The notes under the pieces: generated by a model
The model's input: only the letters and a program-made list of their open reading frames with translations
Database searches by the model: none
Told to the model about the DNA's origin: nothing
Program-made: the position numbers and the translations under genes
Part shown: in pieces, positions 46,633-60,006 of the stretch
Layout of the letters: each line of letters opens with the position of its first letter
Numbering within the stretch: position 1 is the first letter of the stretch
Assembly (NCBI RefSeq): GCF_009914755.1
Contig: NC_060933.1
Length of the DNA stretch: 64,000 bases
Source: the human T2T-CHM13v2.0 reference genome, Homo sapiens
Direction: 5' to 3' (one strand)

Positions 46633-47057
46633 TGATGAAGACTTTCTTCTTGTCTACGCTTTAGTCAGGCTTCTAGGAACACTCTTTTTGACTCTACTTT
46701 GTCCTTGGGCCCTGTCTTTACACTGCCTAGTCCAGCTGTTGCAAGAATGCTGCTAAGTCAGTTTAGAGAGAATCTCCCACTCTTGATATCTGATCACTCT
46801 GGCTTGCCTTCAGCAAGAATCCTCTTACGTTAGCTAACAAGAAATCCCCTACCCTTGATGTCTCCTCTTAGTAATTTGTATTCATTGACAACCTTTCACT
46901 CTGCTCATTAGCTGCACTTCCCAGATATCTTTGCTGTGTTCAGAGTTGAACCTTATCTCTCTTGCCTGTTAGAATCATCTTGACACCTATCATTTTAATC
47001 TTAAATAAAGTGATCCTTAACCATTTTAACAAGTGTTGGAAATTTTTTTATTTAGCA
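46633..47057 (+). mobile_element. MER31-like ERV1 solo LTR
   Basis: TG...CA; CTTTAGTCAGGCT, GCAAGAATGCTGCTAAGTCAGTTTAG, CCCTTGATGTCTCCTCTTAGTAAT, AATAAA; 4-bp TSD GAAC at 46629-46632 and 47058-47061. Confidence 0.85.
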
Positions 47058-47200
47058 GAACTAACAAATTGTTTGCGAACTATTGAAATAGAACTATTCT
47101 ATTACGGCCTGCAGATATTTTTCTCAATTATAATTCACTTTCATACTGTGAAAGTATCTTTGCTTTGTGTATATCTTTTTCATATAAAAACTTTTAATTT

Positions 47201-47505
47201 GGCAGGGAATAGTGGCTCATGCCTGTAATCCCAGAACTTTGGGAGGCCCAGACGAGTGGATCATGTAGGTCAGGAGTTGAGACCAGCCTGGCCAACATGG
47301 CAAAACCCCATCTCTACTAAAAGTACAAAAATTATCTGGGCATGGTTGTGGGCACCTGTATTCTCAGGTACTTGGGAGACTGAGGCAGCAGAATCGCTTG
47401 AACCCAGGAAGCAGAGGTTGCAGTGAGCCAAGATCAGACTGCTGCACTCTAGCCTGAGTGATAGAGTGAGTGAGACTCTGTCTCAAAAAACAAAAAACAA
47501 AAAAA
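47201..47505 (+). mobile_element. AluS
   Basis: Full diverged Alu with (AAAAAC)n tail. Confidence 0.94.
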
Positions 47506-50500
47506 CCTTTCGATTTATTTTCCAGAGGTCTATTTTTAATTTAGTAACAAGATTTTAAAAAATATTTATAAAATTAAATAACAATAGAATGTTAGAACTA
47601 GGCCCTATAAAATATAAAATTGTCAAAATTGGTTAGCATGATTGTAGCTTGAAGGATCCTATTGTTAATGTGGCAACTTCTGAAACCAAACATCATCATG
47701 CTTAGCATCAAGAGCTAAAGTAGTCATGAGTTAATGGAGAAGAACAACTAAGGAATTGGCTGCCGAAGTAAAGTTTATGCTAAATTTAAATGAAATGAAA
47801 TAACAAAGTAGTTTGAAATGAACATTCCATTGATTATTTTTAAAATTTTATTTATTAACAAAGTAGCTTATACTAACTGCCCACTGTCTATCCCAATAGT
47901 TACAGCAATAACATATAGTTAACATTTGTAATTAAATATTTCATTTCATACAAATAGTATTTTAAAATTCAAGTGTTGATTTTTAAGCCTTTGAATGTTT
48001 GGCTGTTTAAAATTTAAGTGCATATAAAAATTGTAGAAAAGGGTCATTATTAATAAAATACTCAAAATATGGTAAATTTTGCATGATGATTTAATATATG
48101 CAAATTGACAAGTGATGTGAATAGTACATTTGAATAGAGAAAATATGTACATAAATGAATGGTATTTCAGAATCTAAGCAAATTGATGACTACATTATGT
48201 ACTTGTCCCCAATGTAAATGAAATATTAATTAGAAAACTTTTTTTTTTCACTAAAGGGCTGAACATAAAGTGTGATGGCAAATTGGTGTGTTCTTGTATT
48301 TCTTGTCTTTGGGGATTCTTTTCAGTATATTTTCACTTAATGTTTTAGCAACATTTTTCGTCATCCTTTTACACTTATAGCTGGACTATGCTTAGTGATA
48401 GAAAATAGTTATATAATGGGATTATACTTGGCCATATGAATTTGATGGTATGAGTTAATCTGTGTTTCATCTTACTTGTGTCTACTTGTAAGTCATTGAT
48501 GCTAATGTTATTAGTAATTTTTAGAGGGTAGAAATGTTTTCTATATGACATTTTTGAGAAAAGGAAGTCAATAAATCCCATTTGATATGCAACAGAAATA
48601 AAGATCTCTTATTTCAATTTTAAAATGCTTTATAACTTACATTGCTTTGTTTTATGCATTATTTGTTTTGATCAGATGCAAAATGAGTCAGTAATGTCAT
48701 CTAACCACAAGTTTGATACATTTTTTTAAAGAAAAATTTCCAAAATACTTTAACTGAGCAATAGGCTAATACTTCATAAATTAAAATATTTAAATACTCA
48801 ATCTTTCTGAGTGGATATTTGTTGCATATCTGATAACTTGGCCTAATTCTGTAATTGGGATGAGAACTACCCAATTTTATTGGTAACCTCTTTTCTGCTC
48901 TGCAACTTTGGAAATACTATGGAGGACTCCAAATTCATTTGAGACAAAAATATTAAAAATGTATCCCCTGATTAGGATTTCAGTTCCAAAGCTCTCCTTG
49001 GAGGGATATAGAGCTGGAGAAAATCACATTTATTTTTCGTCTCTTTAATATTGATATATAAAAGTCAGGTTAAAATTAGTATCAAATTGGGAAGCCTGCA
49101 TGGTAAACCGGCTGGAATAATACACTCTGCAATATGAAGGAAAAAGGAAAAATTTAGTTGATTTATTTACCTAACTATAATTTTTTAAAGAATTTTAAGT
49201 TTCTAATAAATTTAACTATAAATTTTTAATTTTCTATCTTTCATTTAGTACCATCTATATAAACTTTTCCAGGCTACTTCTCTGAATCACCTGGCAAAAT
49301 CTTATAATTTACCACCTAATTGAATAAAACACACACACAAAATAATCTATTTTGAATAATAAACATCATTTATAATTATCTTGTTGAGATTGAGAGTAAT
49401 CATCAGGTGTGGAAAAACTATTGAGGAAATTTTAACAATTTAAAATGTAATAATCTTTTTTGTATTATGTGTGTTTTATACTCAGAAGTGCATATGTTTT
49501 ATAAAATTATGTGAATTTATAAATGTGGTCAATATTAATATTAAATTGTATCTTTTAATAGTATCTTCAATTATCTTTTTTTTTGCTGCTGGATTCCATT
49601 TAGAAAAAAAATGTTCTATATAGCAGTGTTGCTTTCTTTTTCTTTTCTTTTTGCTTTTCTTTCTTTTTTCTATTGATAAAGTATTTACTTGATCTTGGGG
49701 AAGAGGTATATAATCAAGTGACCACATTTTTCTTTGTTACATATTATTAAAAATTTATAATCAATCTTTCCAAATTGTAATCGGTCTGAAACCCATTTGC
49801 TTTACTCAAATTATTTAGTGACTGTAAAAGTTTCAGAAACATATGAAAGTTACAAATTAGCTTTAAATGTGTCATGTTTAAAGCAGTTGTTTTAAAAGCT
49901 AAGTCATTATCCATTATTATGTAACTAGTATTCTAAATATCACATCTTTGCATTGTTTGACTTTTAAGGCATATGAAGTGTTTTGGATCAGAGAAATCAT
50001 TTGCTTCACATCCCTAAGAGACAGACTCTATGGGTACTGAGTCATGCTAACAGTGGCAAAACCTGACAAACAATAAGCATCTTTTTCAAATATTTTAAAC
50101 ATTTCACATAAAAATTTACTTTTAGCATACATTGCAGCCATCGAGGAAGCCTAAAGTAAGGAAAACCTCAGTGAAATATGATGAAGTTAATAAAAAGAAA
50201 TAGCCATCATTTTATTTGTTTAAATTGCCATTATCTCTCATATAATTATGTACAATATATAACATAGGATAATTAAGTCAAACTGTGTACCTACAGATAT
50301 GGAGAGCCTTATATTTTAGGAAAAAGTAAAATGTAAATTAACTGGTAAAGATGAGCTTTTCAATCTATAAGGCATAGACACTTTTCCTTGGTGGATTTGA
50401 AAAGGTTCTTATAAATCTGAAAATAAGATAGTTTTTCTATAATAAATGGTAAAAAACACTTTCACATCTTAACCTTATCATAGTATCACAATGCTGGAAT

Positions 50501-50647
50501 GTTTTTACTAGGAAATAAGTAAGCTAATTCAATTATAAATTGCAGTAGAGGAAAGGATGAAGGTTAAAAAACACTATTCAAATCCTTAGTCATGAGGTTG
50601 AATTCATTGAATCAGAGTGTGAATATATATCTATATTTGAGACAGAA

Positions 50648-50682
50648 TGTGTATGTATGTGTGTGAGTGTGAGTGTGTGTGT
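50648..50682. repeat. Imperfect (TG)n microsatellite
   Basis: TGTGTATGTATGTGTGTGAGTGTGAGTGTGTGTGT. Confidence 0.8.
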
Positions 50683-51477
50683 ACAGTCATTAGACATTTG
50701 CCTCATGGACAGTGGAGGAAAACATTTGCTGAGCTGCTTTCCTACCTTAAAGATTTACAACTGCACTGTTTTCAAGATATACTTTCTATATCTCAAATAA
50801 TTTAATATATTATGTTTAGTTGTTGATATAACAAGATATCTGAATACCCCATAATTGAAATTATACCTGGAAATAAATACTTGAAATACTTGCTTCAGTG
50901 ACATTTGTGGAAGTATACTTATTTAAGTTCAAATTATAGGTATATTGAACAAAATGATATTGGATTCTTCACTGGCTGCATACTTCTGAAACTTGTAAAT
51001 AATTTGAAATTAGTTTCCAAGAACAGAAAGACAAATATTAGATAGGAAATACCAAATTCTTAAGATTCATACATATAAAAGTGAAATAAAAATCAAACTT
51101 AATCTTATCATGAATTTTCTACTGTGGCTTAATTTTAGAACTTGTTATAAAAATAGAAATGCTATTAATTTAATTACATTTATTAAAATCTAAAAATAGG
51201 TGATTATAGCTAGGACATTGACAAATGTAACTATACATGAGTAAATATAACTGAGGATAGCAACACATGAAATATATCATAAAATTGAATTATTCTATAA
51301 ATAGTATTAAGTCTGTATTACTTGGAACTTGATTCCACTTAGAATGTCCCTGCTTTTATTTATTTATTTATTTTTGTAAACAAAATGAACAAGAGGTTAT
51401 TACACTTCATTCACTGAGAAAAGGTAACACTACATCAAAGATAACTCACATACTTGCAGAAATATGGAAGGTAGTTC

Positions 51478-51778
51478 TTTCTTTTTTTTTGTTAAGAAAT
51501 AGGGTCTCACTATGTTGCCCAGGTTGTAGTGCAGTGACTATTCAAAGGGGTCATCCCACTACTGATAAGCAGAGGAGTTTTATTCTGCTCAATTTTTGAG
51601 TTGACCACTCCTTAGGCAACCTGGTGGTCTTCTGCTCCCTGGAAGCTAACATATTGATGCCAAACTTAGTGCAGACACTTCATCAGCATAGTGCATACAA
51701 CCCAGAACTCCTGGGCTCAAGTGTTCCTCCCGCCTCAGCATCCTGAGTAGCTGGGACAACAGGTGTGTGTCACCTGGC
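51478..51778 (-). pseudogene. RN7SL: 7SL (SRP) RNA processed pseudogene
   Basis: Contains the S-domain that Alu lacks: ATCCCACTACTGAT.AGCA.GGAGTTTT, CTCCTTAGGCAACCTGGTGGTC, CATATTGATGCC.AACTTAGTGC.GACAC; Alu-domain ends; poly-T 51478-51493; many substitutions. Confidence 0.95.
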
Positions 51779-52005
51779 TGAAAGGTATTTTTAAATACAA
51801 ATGTTGTCCAGGAGTGACAGAAGCTGGAGAATTGGACTACTTGATGGAGGCTTTGTACAAGCTTTGAACAATAATAACAACAAAATTGAAATGCCAAAAA
51901 TATTGTTTAATTAGCAGTTAACCACCAATAAAAGGAAGCCAGCCATTTCACACAGAGGATTTTGTTAATTGATTGCGTGATTCAAGGAAATAATATTATT
52001 AGGTG

Positions 52006-54410
52006 TGTATTAGTCCATTATTGCATTGCTATAAAGAAATACCCGAGATTGAGTAATTTATAAAGAAAAGAGTTTCAACTGACTCACAGTTCTGCATGCT
52101 GTACAGAAAGAATGTTGCATCTGCTGGGCATGTGGGGAGGCCTCATGAAATGTATAACCATGGTGGGAAAATGAAGAGGGAGCCGGTGCTTCATATAGCG
52201 GGGAGCAGGAAGAAAAGTGAGAGGTGAGGAGGTGCTACACCCTTTTAACAACCAGATTTCATAATAACTCACTCACTCACTATCATAAGAATAGCACCAA
52301 GGAAATGGTATTAAACCATTAAAAAGAAACCACTCCACAATCCAATAACCTCCCATCAGGCCCCACCTCCAACACTGGGTATTACAATTTGACATGAGAT
52401 TTGGTTGGGGACATAGATCCAAACCATATTATTTTGCCCTAGTCCCTCCCAAATTTTGTCTTTCTCAGTTTGCAAAATATAATCATGCCTTCCCATCAGT
52501 CCCTCAAAGTCTTAACTCACTTCAGCATTAACTCAAACATCCAAAGTCTAAAGTCTTATCTGAGATGAGGCAAGCCCCTTCTGCCTAAGACCCTGTAAAA
52601 TTAAAAAAAAAAAAACACCCAAGATATAATGTATAATGGGGGTACAGGGATTGGGTAAATACTCCCATTTCAAAAGGGAGAAATTGGCCAAAAGTAAGGG
52701 GCTACGGGCCCCATGCAAGTCTGAAACCCAGTAGGAAAGTTATTAAGTCTTAAAGCTTAACAATCTCCTTTGACGCCATCCAGGGCATACCACTGCAAGG
52801 GGTGAGCTCCCAAAGCCTTGTGCTGCTCCACTCCTGTGACTTTGCAGGGTTCAGCTCCCACAGCTGCTCTCAAGGGCTGGTGTTGAGTGCTTGCACCATT
52901 TCCAGGCACACGGTACAAGTGCTGGTGGATCTACCATTCTGGGGTCTGGAAGATAGTGTCCCTCTTCTCATAGTTCCCCTAGATAGTGGTCCAGTAGGGA
53001 CACTGTGTGGTGGCTCCAACCCCACCTTTCCCCTCTTCAGTGCCCTCGTAGAGATTCTCCATCAGGGCTCTGACCCTGCAGCAGATTTCTGACTGTACAT
53101 CTAGGTTTGTTCATACATTCTCTGAAATCTAGCCTCAACTCTTGTACTCTGTGCACCCTCAGGCTTAATGCCACATGGAAGCCATCAAGACTTATGGCTT
53201 GAACCCTCTGGAGCAGCATCCTGAGCTGTACCTGGGCCACTTGGAGCCATGGCTAGAGCTGCAACAGATGAGATGCATGTAGTAGTGTCCCATTCTTCCT
53301 TCGTTGTCCTCTGAGCCTGTGATGGGAGGAGCTGCCGCAAAGGTCTCTGAAATGCCCTGGAGGGTATCCCTCATTTTCTTGGCTATCAGCATGTGCCTTC
53401 CTTTTAGTTAAGCAAGTTTCTGCAGCTTGCTTGAATTTCTCTCCTGAAAATGGGCTTTTTGTTCTACCACATGGCCAGGCTGCAAATTTTTCAAGTTTCT
53501 ACACTCTGCTTCCCTTCTAAATATAAGTTTCAGTTTGAGGTCATTTCTTTGCTCACACACATCAAAATAGTTTGTCAGAAGTAGTGAGCTTACCTCCTGA
53601 ATGCTTTGCTGCTTAGAAATTTTTTCCACCAGATACCCACCAGAACTTGAGATACTCTCAAGTTCAAAATTCCACAGATCCCTAGGGCAGACCCACAGTG
53701 CAGCCAACCTTTTTGCTAATGCCTAACTAAAGTGACCTTTGCTCCAGTTCCCATTAAGTTCCTTATCTCCATCTGAGACCTCCTCAGCCTGGACTTCATT
53801 GTGTGTCTCTATCAGTAGCTTGGTCACAACAATGTAACAAGACTCTAGTAAGTTCAAAACTTGCCCTCATCTTCCTGTCTTCTTCTGATCTCTCCAAACC
53901 CTTCCAATCTCTGCCCACTATCCAGTTTCAAAGCCACTTTCACATTTTCCGGTATGTTTACAACAATATCATATTCCTCTACCAATTTTCTATATTAGTC
54001 CTTTCTTACATTGCTCTAAAGAAATACCTGAGACTGGGTAATTTATAAAGAAAAGCAGTTTAATTGGCTCATGGTTCTGCACGTTATACAGAAAGCATGA
54101 TGCATCTGCTGGGCTTCTGCGGGGGCCTCAGTAAGCTAACAATCATGGCAGAAGGTGAAGGGGGAGCCAGCACTTCACATGGCTGGAAGCAGGAAGAAGA
54201 GTGAGAGGTGGGGAGGTGCTATACACTTTTAACAACCAGACTCACAATAACTCACTCACTGTCACAAGAACAGCACCAAGGAGATGGTGCTAAACCATTT
54301 AAGAGAAACCGCCCAATGATCCAATTGCCTCCCAACAGGCCCTACCTCTAACAGTGGGACTTACAGTTTGACATGAGATTTGGGTGGGGACACAGATCCA
54401 AATGATATCA
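52006..54410 (-). mobile_element. Full-length MSTA-like MaLR: LTR 52006-52431, internal, LTR 53991-54410
   Basis: Two ~425-bp LTRs (TGTATTAGTCC...ATATCA type) around ~1.56 kb of internal sequence; 5-bp TSD AGGTG/ATGTG. Confidence 0.93.
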
Positions 54411-56507
54411 ATGTGTTAAAAGGAAAAGGAGATAGCAGTGGGAAATGGATATTTAACTTCAGTTTATGAGTTTTTATTTTAGAGTTCTAAAATTATGTCT
54501 TATACTGCCTATACAAGTGCTAGAATAGTTTCTGTATTAAGTGGTAGATATTAATATCCAAATATCATACTTACCTTCTTTGACCTTGCAGTTTAAGACG
54601 GCATTTTAAGAAAGTAAACAAACACATTGATTTTTTTTTTAAAGGAGACATTTTTCAGTAAAGGATATAAGTATGTTAACATGAGAGATATAGAAAAATT
54701 ACAGATGGACAGACAATCCTACATAGAAACCTAAGGAAGTATTTAACTCAGACACAGAGATTGAGAAGAGTAAAGTGGGTGAAATCTGGGAAAGAATGCT
54801 TCCAGTAGAAGAAACAGAATATTGAAGGAACAGAGATTGATGTCAAGAGTTCAGGGAAACAAACCAGAATAAGAATGTTTAGACAAAAGGCTGATGGTAG
54901 AAGGAAATTAAGACTGAAAGTTATAGAGAGCACAGGCTTACTCGAAAATTAGTAGACAAAAGAACATCTGTAAGTTCAATCATGAAGGAGTGCCAGAATT
55001 AAAGAGAAAATAAGGAAATAATAAAGGGAATCTTTTGATGTGAGGAACCAATTGGGCTACCAACTCAGCCTGCCAGCCTGCCATTCCAGTGACAGTAGGA
55101 AATAAATGTTCTGTAAGTTATTTGGAAATTAGAGGACAAAGTAATTGTTTGTTCTATAGGTAGAGAAGCATTTTTGTAAATGATAATACAGCTGTTCTAC
55201 CGATTTCTCTTAATTTTCAAAATTTTTGAAGGGGTACACATTTTCATGATTTGTTCATTCTGATTTCCAACTCATATTTGTTCATCATTTTCTCTTTACT
55301 TTTTAAAAAGTTGAAAGACATTCGTGTCACAAAATTTTCACAGGATAATTTTTCTAGTTGCAACTGTAGATTTATGTGGATATATACAAATCTCTCTAGT
55401 GACACATCTAAAGATTAATGTTATGTTCTGTTCCATAGGGAGCAAATATACCACATGAAACATTGCAACTATGAATCCAACTAGACTGTATGGGAAACAT
55501 ATATTGAAAAATAAATTAAAATTATAAGTTCTATGAGAAAACACAAACATTTGAGTAAAAAAATGAGAAAGGTTTAGTGGTGACTTCTTCCCATGTTAGA
55601 AAAAAGGATTCATAATGAACAACTTTTTTTTCATGTATTTCCTACAATTGAGTAAAATAATAGGACTAGGTAAGTTTACTGGTTTGCATTTTTTCATCTG
55701 GGTCTGGTTTTTCATTTCAATTGTTAGCCATTGTATTAACTACTTTCACCATTCAAAGGAATGAATGATCTGCCATAGTATTTTCTGCAGTTCCATCTCT
55801 TGTTTTCAGTATCATTCCAATTCTGCATCTATCTAATTTTGATCTCTGTTCTATTTATTTTCCTGATTCATAACATTTTGCTTTGTGCTGAGCTCCTAAT
55901 TGTCTCTCTGTCATTCTCAACATTTTAGCCCTATGGTCTAAAAGATGCCCAAAAGAATGTAGCATATTCTAGTATATCAGTGGGACAACATAAACAACTT
56001 GCTTAATTGTTAATCTATTTAAAAATGAAACAGTGTTTTTCATTTTTTCAATCAATTTAATGCTGACTAGATCCTATAACTACATTCTACTTTTTATAAC
56101 TAAAGAACTCCAGAAAAATAAATGTAATAGCTTTGCTGGAAAAGATTAACCTTACAATGCCTTCCTAATGCCCTTACTTTTTTTTTTTTTTGAAAAGTGT
56201 TTTCTGGTACACAAAAATAATATTCTGAAATATCTCTCTGATATTTGATTGCCGGATTTAACCTACATACCTCTGAACCTTGGTTTTTCAGACATGCAAA
56301 CTGCTTAACAAGTTCCAATGCATTAATCAATGCACCATTGCATAACTTACAGTAAGAAAAGTTGGTAGATATTTCAGCAATGCCATAAAATATGCTTCCA
56401 TTTAACACTTTGAGACAACCAATACACTATTTATATTATTGAGACAAAACAAACCTAAGATCACAGAAAAATATTTATTTTAATAGAATGGTATTTAAGT
56501 AGATAGT

Positions 56508-56799
56508 TTTTTTGTTGTGTTTTTGTTTGTTTGTTTGTTTGTTTGTTTTTGAGATGGAGTCTCCCTCTGTCGCCCAGGTTGGAGTTCAGTGGCCCAGTCT
56601 TGGCTCACTGTAACCTCCCCTTCCCAAGTTCAAGCAGTTCTCCCTGCCTCAGCCTCCTGAGTAGCTGAAATTACAGGCATGCACCACCACGCCTGTTTAA
56701 TTTTTGTGTTTTTAGTAAAGATGGGATGTCACTATGTTGGCCAGGCTCGTCTTGAACTCCTGACCTCAGGTGATCTGCCCACCTTGGCCTCCCAAAGTG
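56508..56799 (-). mobile_element. AluS (Sx-like), 5'-truncated by ~30 nt
   Basis: Ends at CCCAAAGTG; TSD TAAGTAGATAGT at 56496-56507 and 56800-56811; (TTTG)n tail. Confidence 0.95.
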
Positions 56800-57070
56800 T
56801 AAGTAGATAGTCTAAATGATTATGGGTTTCAATAGGTTTTGTTAATTTGTTTTAGTTGACATACAAGAGCACTACAAAACCACATTATTTTATTTTAATT
56901 TTTACCAGTAAACTTCATTATATTAAAGGCCATATTGCCCACTGAATATGATTTTGATAAGCACAACTTCTATAATTTACAACTTACTGTATATGGTCTA
57001 ATATAAATTACATTTAGCTATCTTGAATAAAAGATACGAATCGCCAAAAACTTAATATATAAAATAATTT

Positions 57071-57168
57071 CTACAATCAATTAAGCCACATGGGGCCTGG
57101 TGTGCAAGGGCTGCAAACAGCAGCATCCTAGGTAGTGTGCAGCAGCCTGTTCCTTGCGTACAACAGCC
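57071..57168 (+). pseudogene. SNORA70: Degenerate retrocopy of H/ACA snoRNA SNORA70 (U70)
   Basis: CAATTAAGCC...CATGGGGCCTGGTGTGCAAGGGCTGCAAACAGCAGCATCCTAGGTAGTGTG...GCAGCCTGTT matches SNORA70 as recalled; H box ACAGCA 57117-57122; ACA at 57163; deletions in both hairpins. Confidence 0.85.
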
Positions 57169-57217
57169 TTTGCCATTGGACATTTATGTCTTGGATCTAG
57201 TGCTTTCCCTAGTCTAG

Positions 57218-57580
57218 GTTTAAGACCGGATGTAGTATGCCTTTGGAAAGCCTCAGGACCCAGAGGTCAGAGTTCACATTGGCCATGTTCATCCATACCA
57301 AGCTGCAAACCCTGGAGCATGTGACTGAGGCCTTATTTAGGGCCAAATTCAAGTTCAGTGAATGCCCAAAAAGCCACATCTCAAAGAAGTGCGATTTTAC
57401 TAAGTTTAATGCATATACATTTTAAGACTTGGTGGCTGAGAAACAACTCATCCTGGATGGCTGTGGGGCCAAATATAGCCCTGGAATCATGGGCCCCTGG
57501 ACAAGCAGCTAGCCCTGCATTAGAAAAGAGCTGCCCCCTCTTTACGCATGCCCACCAGTGAATTCTATTTCCTGTACATC
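57218..57580 (+). pseudogene. RPL10: Partial processed pseudogene of RPL10 (uL16): last two coding exons and 3' UTR
   Basis: [44 protein letters not shown] aligns to RPL10 [45 protein letters not shown]; continues VAEKQLILDGCGAKY; upstream frameshift and TAA at 57423; no intron at the last junction (~57371). Confidence 0.93.
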
Positions 57581-57601
57581 TAATAAATCAATCTATTTAT
57601 G

Positions 57602-57602
<1 letters not shown>

Positions 57603-57645
<43 letters not shown>

Positions 57646-57650
57646 ATCTA
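57603..57650. repeat. (TCTA)n tetranucleotide STR
   Basis: About 10 ATCT units at 57603-57645. Confidence 0.95.
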
Positions 57651-60006
57651 AATAATTCAATAATATGCAGTAGATTAAAAAAATAAACACAACTTGATGT
57701 CTAACTACTGTGGATATATTTTGTCAGTTATTAACATTCCCCTTTCAGGTTAATATCAAGTCAACAAAAATTTGGAGTTCTCTTGACCCTTTCCCCAATG
57801 TGTAAATTAGTAATATAATGTCAATATTCAGACAGGCAAATAAACTAAGCTCCCTTTGATGAAAACGACATGCAGTAACGCTTCCCTACTGAGAATCATC
57901 TTAGTTTGTGAAATCATAATCTGGAATGGCTATATCTGCAAAATACATTAAAAGAAAGAAAATATGAAAAACATAATCTACAATACTTTTATGTATATCT
58001 AATCATTTTATATTTCTTTTTTATTATACTACTTGAAATACATACATAAAGGATAAAGAGTTTCAACAAATCTCAAAAAGGAAACCTAATTATGTATAAT
58101 ATTCTGACTGATTTTGTTTGCTCACCAAATTGAAATTGAAAAGAAAAAATACAGCACTCTATAAAAAAAAAAGATTTCAAAATATAATTATTGTCTCCCT
58201 TTGAAAATATAAATGTTTAAATAATGGTGAAATAGAGAACATAAACATTCACAAATATTACATATCCATTCAACATTTTCAGGTATTATTTTGTTTTGTT
58301 CAAACCTCCCCTTCTGTCATTTTTCTCTCCTTTCTTTATCTTTAGCATAACTGAGCTGCTTTCCAAACATCTATAGTTATACCAGACATAGCATTTTCCA
58401 ACATCAAACATGGTTTTTCTTAAACACCAGCTCCAAATATTAATTCCCAGGGAAAATGACATTTTCCATATATGAGAAATATTGGAACCGATATAACAAA
58501 ACTCATTAACATTTATAACATTTGAAAATAATTTCACAAAAGTTTTATTTAAAAAATTATATTGTAAATTTATGTAAGAAATTCTCTATCCATTATATGA
58601 CTTGTATAACATCCACAGTATACTAAGAAAATATTTTTAAAATATAGGATAAGTTGTCTAAATAATAAATTTTTAAGACTGCTTAGAGCCACTATTAAAA
58701 ATCTGAGAATAAAGCATGAATATTTTTTGATCTATAGAGATTATATATCAGCATGCTGGCATTGGCTTTTATTACAGAATAAGCATTTTAATCTTCATTC
58801 ACTCTCATCAATTCACTACAGAAAGCAGCTTAAAAAAAAAGACCATCACTTGTAGAAAACAGTTAGTATTTCGATGGTTTACCTGGAAGTTTACTGGGCA
58901 TAAATTTATAAAATACATTTATTGATGGAAATAAACTGTTTTACTAAACAATATTACAGAATTCTGAATAGATGCTGATTAAGCAGCAAATCAACAAAAC
59001 TGTTTATTTACCAGTTTGGTGGCTATTATGCTAATTAGATCATCTGTTTAAAATGTGTCCATATGGACAATTTTTCTGTAAATGTTTTCTTTATCTCCAC
59101 ATTGTGTGGTAGTATTTTCATATAACCAAGTAGAAATTAACTTAAAAATTAGTTATTTAAAGATGACAATAGAAGGTTTTGAACTTTGAGTTCCAAAAGG
59201 CAAGCAAATATTTCTGAAATAAAATATATTATATATATTTAATTTCTAATTTAATTTACATATGAAATATTTTTAAAATTCAAATGAATTTGAGCTATTT
59301 TCACATTGATTGGACTGTTTTTGTACCTCATTTTGCTTGGTCACACTAAAGTGAGATTCATCATCTTGTGGCACCAAAGGAAAACCAGTGTGATTATAAG
59401 GAAATTATTATAGTTAGACAACTGTGCATTAATTTCATCATTAAGGACCAAACATGTATACAGATATAAATACTTTTCTCAATACATTACTTGCAACATA
59501 TGCACAATTATGTAACAATTATGGTGAACTAAGTCTCCTAGAAATTTCCAAAATAATTTTTTTGTCTTTTTTAACCTCTAAATCCATATAAATCAAGGGA
59601 AAATATTCTTGCACATATGTATATTTAAACATGAACCTAGTCAAAAGTAAGAGAAATTTTAAAAAGTATAACATATCAAAATGTGGAAATTTCTGTGTTT
59701 AGGGAAAAATCTATCCCATTAAGAGCTTGCATTAGAAAAGAAAAATTACCTTGAAATTATGATGAAAGCTTCCAACTTGTTATTATAAAAATGAGAACAA
59801 ATTAATTATGAAGCAATCAGAAAGAAGAAAATAATAAAGGTTAATGAAGAAATAAACAACATTAAATGGAGAAAAATTATATAGCTAAGTAAATTAAACT
59901 AAATTTAGATCTTTGAAGGGATCAATACAATTGTTAAATCTCTGGCCAGACTAAGGAGAAAATAATAGGAAATAAATAATTTACAAATTTTAAGAACGAT
60001 AGAAGT

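Noticed and set aside
51478-51778. AluJ/FLAM call or an active 7SL gene
   Set aside because: The S-domain excludes Alu; the poly-A tail, heavy divergence and small deletions exclude an active gene.
57071-57168. Functional SNORA70 paralogue
   Set aside because: H and ACA boxes remain, but roughly 17 nt and 25 nt (versus the recalled sequence) are deleted from the two hairpins.
57237-57561. ORFs resembling RPL10 as a functional retrogene
   Set aside because: Lacks the N-terminal half and carries a frameshift and a premature TAA at 57423.
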